Notes: generated by a model from the sequence alone, not told the origin. Numbered from the stretch's first letter, positions 1-6,650 are shown. The stretch is DNA of 12,707 bases from Candidatus Nanopusillus sp. (GCA_028275775.1 JAPWTZ010000013.1:1-12707); one strand, 5' to 3'. Made by a program: numbers and translations.

Positions 1-18
1 TTTATTGAAAGAGTAAGA

Positions 19-219
19 ATGTCTTTTAGAGTTGGAATGCTAATGGAAATTATTGCATTATATACATTGCTTTTATTATATTTTATAGTTCCAGAACCTT
101 CTGTTGATGAATTTGCATTTGTATTATCTATTGCAATAATATTAGATTTATTATATTATCTTATTGGAAATATACCATTATATAAATATTTCGAAGCTAA
201 AAAAGAACAGGAAAGTTAG
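19..219 (+). CDS. Small hydrophobic protein with about two TM helices; may be 5'-partial
   Basis: The 66-aa ORF is rich in L/I/Y/F (MLMEIIALYTLLLLYFIV, LSIAIILDLLYYLIG). The reading frame stays open upstream to base 1 (ttt att gaa aga gta aga ATG), so the true start may lie outside the window. No family recognised. Confidence 0.45.
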   Translation: MSFRVGMLMEIIALYTLLLLYFIVPEPSVDEFAFVLSIAIILDLLYYLIGNIPLYKYFEAKKEQES

Positions 220-674
220 ACATCAACAACAATTTCTGCACTCCAATATGTTTTCATTATTTTTGTAATATTTATATCATGTAAAGTAACTGCTTTAACT
301 TCCTTTTTAAATCCATGTTTTTCTTTATCATATTTTTCTCCATAAACTTCAAATCTACATACCCATTTATATTTTTTGCTTTCAACTCTAACTTTCTTTA
401 AGTTTTTTACCCTTATATCCCTTACAGCAAACTTATCTTTATAAAAAACTTCTTCTAAACATATTTTAGCAACATTATATATAATTTCTAATACATTTTT
501 TCCTTCAATTACAAATTGTTTTGATTCTTTTTTCTCAACTTTTTCATTATCATATATAATATTAAACATTCCCAATATTAATGCCTCAATTGCCCTCTTT
601 GGTGTATTTCCATATCCAACAATCTTTATATCTGCAGTATGATCTTCATATTCATATTCTCTTAAAACAGTCAT
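216..674 (-). CDS. Archease (RtcB tRNA-ligase cofactor family)
   Basis: The N-terminus YEYEDHTADIKIVGYGNT matches the conserved archease motif (E-H-T-A-D-h-h-h-x-G), and the 152-aa length is typical. A TATA-like TTTATAAAA lies at -29..-21 from the ATG. Confidence 0.85.
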   Translation of the reverse strand: MTVLREYEYEDHTADIKIVGYGNTPKRAIEALILGMFNIIYDNEKVEKKESKQFVIEGKNVLEIIYNVAKICLEEVFYKDKFAVRDIRVKNLKKVRVESKKYKWVCRFEVYGEKYDKEKHGFKKEVKAVTLHDINITKIMKTYWSAEIVVDV

Positions 675-694
675 ATTAAAATATTTTTAAATAA

Positions 695-703
695 TTTTAT
701 AAA
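695..703 (-). promoter_or_regulatory. TATA box for archease, positioned for a leaderless mRNA
   Basis: TTTATAAAA on the minus strand lies at -29..-21 from the archease ATG (674), immediately after the sRNA D box. Confidence 0.5.
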
Positions 704-751
704 TCAGTAGACCGACAATTCATCATTTTTCAGATTTTATATTCTCATCAT
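704..751 (-). ncRNA. C/D box sRNA (2'-O-methylation guide); coordinates give the core from C box to D box
   Basis: The minus strand reads ttatctttt-ATGATGA-gaatataaaat-CTGA-aaa-ATGATGA-attgtcggtcta-CTGA-tttataaaa. C box is 745-751, D' 730-733, C' 720-726 and D 704-707. All four boxes are perfect. Guides are 11 and 12 nt, with a 3-nt D'/C' linker, which is the standard archaeal architecture. It lies entirely in an intergenic spacer. Confidence 0.85.
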
Positions 752-790
752 AAAAGATAAATATATTAAATTTTTAAATAAATATATTTT

Positions 791-1297
791 ATGGAAATAT
801 TAGATATAAAAATACCTGATAATGCAATAAAAGTAAATATATATTCAAGTTCTTTTAGGGATTTAGAAAAAATACCAGAGGATTATACATGTGAAGGAAA
901 AAACATATCATTTCCAATAGTAATTGAAGAAATACCAAACAATGCAAAAAGCATGTTATTATTTGTAGAAGATCCCGATGCACCTGGTGGTATATTTAGA
1001 CATTGGGTTGCATATATAAATAAACCAATAAAAAGTATACCTCCAGGAATTAAAAAAGAAAGAATTGTTAAAATAGATGATGTACAAATTATTCAGGGTA
1101 GAAATGATTTTGGAAAAATTGGATATGATGGACCATGTCCTCCAAGAGGTCATGGTAAACATAGATATTATACAATAGTATTATTCTTAAATAAAGAATT
1201 ATATATAGATGGATGGTTCTTTGAAGATTTTATTAAATATGTAAAAGAAGAAGATATTGTTGGATATGGATATTTTATAGGTACGTATGAAAGATAA
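791..1297 (+). CDS. PEBP / YbhB-YbcL family (Raf kinase inhibitor-like) protein
   Basis: Family signatures are present: VEDPDAPGG..FRHW and GPCPPRGHGKHRYYTIVLF (the DPDxP and GxHRY motifs). Length is 168 aa. Confidence 0.85.
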   Translation: MEILDIKIPDNAIKVNIYSSSFRDLEKIPEDYTCEGKNISFPIVIEEIPNNAKSMLLFVEDPDAPGGIFRHWVAYINKPIKSIPPGIKKERIVKIDDVQIIQGRNDFGKIGYDGPCPPRGHGKHRYYTIVLFLNKELYIDGWFFEDFIKYVKEEDIVGYGYFIGTYER

Positions 1298-1328
1298 TTT
1301 TTTCAATATTTTTATCATTTAAACTAGT

Positions 1329-1721
1329 ATGGAAAATAATCAAATATCAAAAGAACAAATTAATGATATAATAAAAGAATTATGGAATAAAGGATATACA
1401 CCATCTCAAATTGGAAAAGAATTAAAAGAAAAATATGGAATAAATGTTAAAGAAATATTAAATAAAAAATTGGTAAAATATGCAACAAAAGAATTAAATT
1501 TAAAACAAGAAATACCAGAAGATTTATTATATTTATTTAAAAAAATAAATAGGATGTTAAAACATTTAGAATTACATAAAAAAGATATTGTAACAAAGAA
1601 AAAATTAGAAGAACTTGAAAATAGAGTAAAAAGTTTAATAAAATATTATAAGAAAAATAAAAAATTACCACAAACATTTGAATATAGTAGAGATATAGCA
1701 AAGATGTATGGATATTCATGA
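1329..1721 (+). CDS. rps15: Ribosomal protein uS15 (S15P/S13e), N-terminally short form
   Basis: KGYTPSQIGKELKEKYGI and EIPEDLLYLFKKINRMLKHLELHKKD...LIKYYKK align with the archaeal S15 core (EGYSPSMIG...YGIP, EIPEDL...LRKHLE..KD...YYK). An in-frame TAA at 1320-1322 blocks any upstream extension. Confidence 0.85.
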   Translation: MENNQISKEQINDIIKELWNKGYTPSQIGKELKEKYGINVKEILNKKLVKYATKELNLKQEIPEDLLYLFKKINRMLKHLELHKKDIVTKKKLEELENRVKSLIKYYKKNKKLPQTFEYSRDIAKMYGYS

Positions 1722-3100
1722 ACAATAGATTTTTATCTTATATAGAAGAAATATCTAATAGAATAAATAAGGCAGTAGAAAATAAACAAAATTTTTTAAT
1801 CATATCTTCATTAAATCCTGATGGTTTGTCTTCTTCAATATTTTTATTAAAATATTTATATGAAAAAAATTCTGAAGTTCATTTAACATTTTTAGATTAT
1901 ATAAGTAAAAAGGAAATTAATAATTTATTTTTAGGTGAAAATGGATATGAATATGATAATATAATATTGTTAGATACTGGATCTATATTTTCAGATGATA
2001 TAATAAAATTGAATAAAGATTTAAATAAAAATATTTATATAATAGATCATCATTTTTTAATAATAAAAGATATTGAATTAAATAATGTTGTAAATCTTAA
2101 TCCAAATATTTTTAATTTAGATGGTTATAAAGAAATATCTACATCAAATATATTATATTATATATATCAGAGTTTAAATCCATATGATAAAAATATTTTA
2201 TATTTATCATTAATTGGAAATTTATATGATTTTAATAAACCAAATAATGAAATATTGAATGAATTAATTGATAGAGAAATATTATCAAAATATACTGGAA
2301 TAAATCTACCAGGTATATTTACAAAACCCTTATATAAAGTATTAAGTTCTCCTTTTAATTTTTATATCCCAAACATTACTGGGAGTGATGAAAAAGCTTT
2401 AGAACTAATAAAAGAATTAAATATAAAGGATAAAGGAACTGCAAATGTATTTTATAAAGATTTATCTGAAGAAGATATTAAAAAAATAGTTAGTAATATA
2501 ATAAAATTAAAATTAAAATATAATTTACAAAGAACAGATGATCTAGTAAGTGAAATATATAAGATTAATAAGAATGAAGAGATTGGGGACTTGTTAGAAT
2601 TATTATATGATATTGAGGGATTGATTGAGAGTAATAAAAAAGAAGGGATATTATATTTCATTAAAAAATATAATGTTGATATTTTAAGAGAATCTGAGAA
2701 TAATTTGAGATTACAATTTTCAAAATTATTATATGATATAATAAATAATAATGTAAAAATAAAAGATGAAAACGGATTAAAGATAATAACAATTGAGAAA
2801 AATTATGGAAATGGATATTTCTTATCTCTATTATTGGATCTTCTAATTAGAGAAAATATAATAAATGGAAAGGTTTTCATTTTACTATATAAAGTAAATA
2901 ATTTTTATAGAGGAATAATTAAGACAAATAAGGATGAAAACAAAAAACTAATAAATAATATATTGAAAAGATTATTTGATAATAATTTAATTTATTATTC
3001 TAGCTTTGATAATTTTGGAGGTTTTTTATTAGATATAAATAATTATGAAGAATTTATTAAAAAATTAAAAATAGATTTGAAACAAGAAAATCTTATATAA
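1718..3100 (+). CDS. DHH-family RecJ/Cdc45(GAN)-like protein with partly degenerate catalytic motifs
   Basis: DHH motif III is intact (IYIIDHHF) and motif II is LLDTGS. Motif I reads SSLNPDGLSS, so the second Asp of DxD is replaced by Leu. In place of the C-terminal GGGH there is only FDNFGGF. The start overlaps the rps15 stop (ATGA). Confidence 0.7.
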   Translation: MNNRFLSYIEEISNRINKAVENKQNFLIISSLNPDGLSSSIFLLKYLYEKNSEVHLTFLDYISKKEINNLFLGENGYEYDNIILLDTGSIFSDDIIKLNKDLNKNIYIIDHHFLIIKDIELNNVVNLNPNIFNLDGYKEISTSNILYYIYQSLNPYDKNILYLSLIGNLYDFNKPNNEILNELIDREILSKYTGINLPGIFTKPLYKVLSSPFNFYIPNITGSDEKALELIKELNIKDKGTANVFYKDLSEEDIKKIVSNIIKLKLKYNLQRTDDLVSEIYKINKNEEIGDLLELLYDIEGLIESNKKEGILYFIKKYNVDILRESENNLRLQFSKLLYDIINNNVKIKDENGLKIITIEKNYGNGYFLSLLLDLLIRENIINGKVFILLYKVNNFYRGIIKTNKDENKKLINNILKRLFDNNLIYYSSFDNFGGFLLDINNYEEFIKKLKIDLKQENLI

Positions 3101-3653
3101 TCTTCTTTTCCTTTAATCTATAAAATCCTTTCTTTAATATTTTTCTAATAATATATCTTTTATTTAATCCTCCCAATTTAATTGCAGCTTTTCTTAAGCT
3201 TCCACTTTCAATTAATATATTTAATAATTTCCTTTCCTTTTCATTCAATTTTTCATCATATTTTAATATTAATTTTGCCAATTCTATTAAATCAATCTTT
3301 TTTCCACCCCATGCAAATTCTTCAGAGGATATATTATTTATTATTTCTATAGGTTCAAATTCTATAATTGCAACCTCTTTATTTAGATCTAATCTTTTAT
3401 ATATTCTTTTTAAATCATTTATTAATTCTTCTTTATTATTATAACCATCTCTTTTTGCTTCTTCATCTGTTATTTGATATAATTTTTTTGTATATATATT
3501 TTTTACCTTAAATTTTCCAATTACCTTTCCTCCAGCATGTAAAATAAAAATATCTCCAGGTTTTAAATTTGCTTTTGATAATCTTATAGTTAAATTTTTA
3601 TTTCCCTTTATTATATCATCTATATATTTCCCCAAAAATTGTAAATGCTTCAT
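3093..3653 (-). CDS. ASCH (YqfB-like PUA-fold) domain fused to a C-terminal helix-turn-helix
   Basis: The N-terminal YIDDIIKGNKNLTIRL...PGD...ITDEEAKRDGY...VAIIEFEPI parallels E. coli YqfB (FQDDILAGRKTITIRD...GD...AEQEN...FYVIEF). The C-terminal LNEKERKLLNILIESGSLRKAAIKLGGLNKRYIIRKIL fits a LuxR/sigma-70 region 4-type HTH pattern. The start overlaps the upstream gene's stop (TAATG). Confidence 0.65.
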   Translation of the reverse strand: MKHLQFLGKYIDDIIKGNKNLTIRLSKANLKPGDIFILHAGGKVIGKFKVKNIYTKKLYQITDEEAKRDGYNNKEELINDLKRIYKRLDLNKEVAIIEFEPIEIINNISSEEFAWGGKKIDLIELAKLILKYDEKLNEKERKLLNILIESGSLRKAAIKLGGLNKRYIIRKILKKGFYRLKEKKII

Positions 3654-4264
3654 TAACTTTCAATTGGAGATGGCTGTATAGATAACCTTTCTATCTTATA
3701 TACAGAAGCTTTACCATATTTAAATGCTCCATATACCATAAATACTGCAATTAATACTGCAGCAATTATTATTAAAACAAATATCCCTTGCGAATTTTTC
3801 TCTTCATTACTAAGTTGATTTCTTAGTATATTAAATGCCGTAGAAAATCCTTCTATATAATTATATATATCCCAAATAACAGCAATACTATTATATATTG
3901 CAATAAATATATCAAAGAATCTTTTTGTCTTTGATGCAACAATTATACTATTAACAGTTACAACAATTCCAAACAATATTATTAAAAATCCAAATACCAA
4001 AAATGAGAATGAAAGAACTCCTAATAATGTATATATATCAATATATCCTAAATAATATGCTACAATTGATAATAATGATGCATTACCATATGCTGCACCT
4101 GCAAATGATAATATTAATGTAGAATATGCAACCATTCTCGGCCAATCACTTTCTATATTATTTAATTTCATATATTCCAAAGCTTTTCCAGCATTATATG
4201 CATTCCATATAGATATTAATATGTCAAATATTACAATTAGTATATAGAATATATCTAGACCCAT
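3653..4264 (-). CDS. Polytopic membrane protein of unknown family, about 5-6 TM helices
   Basis: The 203-aa ORF has several long hydrophobic segments. The motif DIF...IW(N/D)xYN occurs at the start of both halves (residues about 4-24 and 118-135), which weakly suggests an internal duplication. Confidence 0.6.
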   Translation of the reverse strand: MGLDIFYILIVIFDILISIWNAYNAGKALEYMKLNNIESDWPRMVAYSTLILSFAGAAYGNASLLSIVAYYLGYIDIYTLLGVLSFSFLVFGFLIILFGIVVTVNSIIVASKTKRFFDIFIAIYNSIAVIWDIYNYIEGFSTAFNILRNQLSNEEKNSQGIFVLIIIAAVLIAVFMVYGAFKYGKASVYKIERLSIQPSPIES

Positions 4265-4332
4265 AATCTTTATTCTATGATTTATATTTAAAAATTAATA
4301 TTTTAATATTTCAAAATTTTTTACTTATTATA

Positions 4333-4992
4333 ATGATAGATATAGCATCATTGTTTCAGGCATTCTTAACAATATTTATATCTACAATTACAAATGTAGA
4401 AATTATATGGATTACATATCCAGTTTATATAACATGGTTTGCAATGGAATTCTTAGTAGAAAGAAAAGAAATTAGATATTCACATTCATTAGCAAATAGT
4501 ATTATATTTTCATGGGTTTCTATAGATTGGTTAAGACATTTATATTTAGATAATGAACTTAATGATTATAATAAATTAATTATAACAATTTTTTTCCTAT
4601 TTTTATCTATTTTTATATTAATAGCATCTATAAAAAGAAAAAAGATTGCAAAACTACTTGGAAAAACTGGATTTTTTTCATATTTTCAGATTATGTTTAC
4701 ACCATTTATATATGGAATAATAGAATTTAATTATATAGATTTTCTTTCTGTAATAATTTTCTTTCCATTGATATATATAGCAGTATATGTAATAGATAAA
4801 GTAATACCAGAATTCATTGAAGAAGAAGAGAAAAAATTTGAAGAAGAAAATGAGGAAAATTTTGAAGAAGATACTGATAATTTTGCTGAAAGTAATTTAC
4901 AATATAATCAACAAAACTATAGTAGTTATTATAATTATTATGGATATAATTATGGAAACTACTATGGAAATTATTACAAATATAGAAGATAG
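4333..4992 (+). CDS. Polytopic membrane protein with an acidic then Tyr/Asn/Gly-rich low-complexity C-terminal tail
   Basis: The 219-aa ORF has hydrophobic segments through about residue 155. The tail is EEEEKKFEEENEENFEEDTDNF followed by NYSSYYNYYGYNYGNYYGNYYKYRR. A TATA-like ATTTTAATATT lies about 23-33 nt upstream. Confidence 0.6.
   Translation: MIDIASLFQAFLTIFISTITNVEIIWITYPVYITWFAMEFLVERKEIRYSHSLANSIIFSWVSIDWLRHLYLDNELNDYNKLIITIFFLFLSIFILIASIKRKKIAKLLGKTGFFSYFQIMFTPFIYGIIEFNYIDFLSVIIFFPLIYIAVYVIDKVIPEFIEEEEKKFEEENEENFEEDTDNFAESNLQYNQQNYSSYYNYYGYNYGNYYGNYYKYRR
4939..4974 (+). repeat. Three tandem 12-bp units encoding the YG(Y/N)(N/Y) repeats
   Basis: The units are tatggatataat / tatggaaactac / tatggaaattat, in frame within the tail of the 4333-4992 CDS. 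Confidence 0.8.
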
Positions 4993-5061
4993 CCCCGACC
5001 GGGATTTGAACCCGGGCCTGTGGATTACGAGTCCACCGCTCTACCACTGAGCTATCGGGGC
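4991..5061 (-). tRNA. tRNA-Thr (anticodon CGU), no encoded CCA
   Basis: The reverse complement is GCCCCGA-TA-GCTC-AGTGGTA-GAGC-G-GTGGA-CTCGTAA-TCCAC-AGGC-CCGGG-TTCAAAT-CCCGG-TCGGGGC-T. It forms a full cloverleaf with a 7-bp all-paired acceptor stem. The anticodon loop CT-CGT-AA gives anticodon CGT. Confidence 0.93.
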
Positions 5062-5096
5062 CCATATTTTTAAATATTATTATATTTCAATATTAA

Positions 5097-6170
5097 ATGG
5101 ATTTTTCAGATATAGCAAAAGAGATAAAAGATTCAAATGAAGAAATATTAATAGTAGCAGATTCTGATCTGGACGGAAAAATGGCATTGGGATTAATGAA
5201 AATAATATTAGAAAAATTAAATAAGAAATATATGGAATATTTTAGAATTGCTGGAGAAAATAATTTAGATCTAATAAAGATATTGGATGGAATAATATTT
5301 AATAAGAAAACAATAAATACAATAATATTTCTAGATACACCAATGGATGACAAATATTTAATTAATTTTTCTAAAAGGCATGAAAAAATAAAGATAATAT
5401 ATTTAGACCATCATAAAAGAAAGGTTCCAAGAATTTTACCAAAAAATTTAATATATTTTGATGTAAGAGCATTATTTAATTTAGAAATATGTACAACAAG
5501 TATATCATATAGAATTGGAAAAATATTATTTGGTGAAAAATTTTCAAAATATTCTTTATTAGCATCTATTGGAGCTGTAGGAGATTTTATGTTAGAAAAT
5601 GATAAAGAACTATTAGATGATTTATTAAAGAATTACAAAGGATTTTATAATGGTAAATATTTTTATGTTCCATACATATTATATTTTTATCTATTTTTAA
5701 TATCAGATCCATATAAAATATCAAAAAATATTGATAAAGCATTAAATATTGAAGAATTTATAAAAGAATTTGATACAAAAAAATTAAAGAATGAAGCAGT
5801 AAAATATTATGATAGATTAAAAAGCGCTAAAAAAATATATGAATCTGAAAAATTGTTAGTATTTAAAGCAAAGAAATCTTCAGTTATATCTACAATTTTA
5901 TCATCATTTTATCCTGAAAAAATAATATTAGTATTATCTTTAAAAGAAAAATTATTTGGAAGATTATTTAAAGGAAAATATAAAAGATATAGCATATCTT
6001 TAAGGAATCAATCAGGAAAATATGATTTGGGAATATTAATGAGAGAATTTACAAAAGAATATGGAATAAATGGCGGAGGACATCCAAAGGCAGCAGGTGG
6101 GTTAATATATGAAAAAGATATAGAAAATTTGATAAAATTTTTAGAAGAAAAAGCAAATGGAAAGAATTAG
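5097..6170 (+). CDS. DHH/DHHA1 phosphoesterase (RecJ-like or NrnA-like nuclease) with intact catalytic motifs
   Basis: Motif I is IVADSDLDG, motif II IFLDTP, motif III IYLDHHKR, motif IV GAVGDF, and the DHHA1 signature is NGGGHPKAAGG. Length is 357 aa. Confidence 0.8.
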   Translation: MDFSDIAKEIKDSNEEILIVADSDLDGKMALGLMKIILEKLNKKYMEYFRIAGENNLDLIKILDGIIFNKKTINTIIFLDTPMDDKYLINFSKRHEKIKIIYLDHHKRKVPRILPKNLIYFDVRALFNLEICTTSISYRIGKILFGEKFSKYSLLASIGAVGDFMLENDKELLDDLLKNYKGFYNGKYFYVPYILYFYLFLISDPYKISKNIDKALNIEEFIKEFDTKKLKNEAVKYYDRLKSAKKIYESEKLLVFKAKKSSVISTILSSFYPEKIILVLSLKEKLFGRLFKGKYKRYSISLRNQSGKYDLGILMREFTKEYGINGGGHPKAAGGLIYEKDIENLIKFLEEKANGKN

Positions 6171-6226
6171 ATTTTATTTATATGCAATAAAGAGAATAAT
6201 TAAGAAAATATTAAAGAAGATTCTGT

Positions 6227-6232
6227 AAAAAA
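6227..6232 (-). terminator. Oligo-T tract immediately after the rps11 stop
   Basis: The minus strand reads TAA-TTTTTT-acag. Archaeal termination typically uses oligo-T tracts. Confidence 0.4.
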
Positions 6233-6628
6233 TTATAATCTTCTTCCTCTCTTTCCTCCCTTCCTTCTACAATGATCATGTGGTATTGGAGTTATATCTT
6301 CAACAACTCCAATCTTTAATCCGGAAGTAATCAATGTTTTAATTGCAAATTGTGCAGATGGTGTAGGAACCCAAGGACCATTATGTCCACCAGGTGCCCT
6401 TACCCTAACATGAACAGCATTTATTCCTCTTTCTAAAGCCTTTTGAGCAGCTTGTTTTGCAGCTAAAATTGCAGCAGTTGGAGTACCTTTTAATCTTTGG
6501 GCTAAAACAACCCTACCACCAGAACTAAATGCAATTGTTTCCCTACCAGTTATATCTGTAATATGAACTATAGTATTATTTTTACTTGAATATATATATG
6601 CAATACCCCATCTCTCCTTTTCAGCCAT
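6233..6628 (-). CDS. rps11: Ribosomal protein uS11
   Basis: WGIAYIYSSKNNTIVHITDITGRETIAFSSGG...VHVRVRAPGG...IEDITPIPHD..RRKGGKRGRRL matches the S11 consensus throughout. G+C is visibly higher than in the flanking sequence. Confidence 0.93.
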   Translation of the reverse strand: MAEKERWGIAYIYSSKNNTIVHITDITGRETIAFSSGGRVVLAQRLKGTPTAAILAAKQAAQKALERGINAVHVRVRAPGGHNGPWVPTPSAQFAIKTLITSGLKIGVVEDITPIPHDHCRRKGGKRGRRL

Positions 6629-6650
6629 TAAATTTAAAATTGTAAATAAT

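Noticed and set aside
959-1162. Antisense or alternate-frame ORFs of 62-87 aa (959-1162, 1537-1725, 2452-2661, 5093-5353, 7266-7475, 7324-7587, 7869-8066, 9861-10067, 11780-11968)
   Set aside because: Each lies wholly within a longer ORF that has recognisable family motifs or coherent membrane or secretion features. Their compositions are shadow-frame-like, and none has its own promoter-like element.
2385-2391. A perfect C-box heptamer GTGATGA inside the RecJ-like CDS, with other TGATGA-like strings at about 107-114 and 9950-9960
   Set aside because: No CUGA lies at the required 10-13 nt spacing, there is no second box pair, and all are in coding sequence. These are chance matches in AT-rich DNA.
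4991-5061. tRNA-Thr as an integration site for a mobile element or genomic island
   Set aside because: No second copy of the tRNA 3' segment (att-like direct repeat) occurs anywhere in the window, there is no integrase or transposase, and the flanking genes are ordinary in composition.
4814-5065. ORFs on both strands (4814-5065 minus, 4817-5050 plus) running through the G+C-rich block
   Set aside because: They read through the tRNA-Thr gene and the out-of-frame or antisense low-complexity tail of the 4333-4992 CDS. The open frames are a by-product of the stop-poor tRNA sequence.
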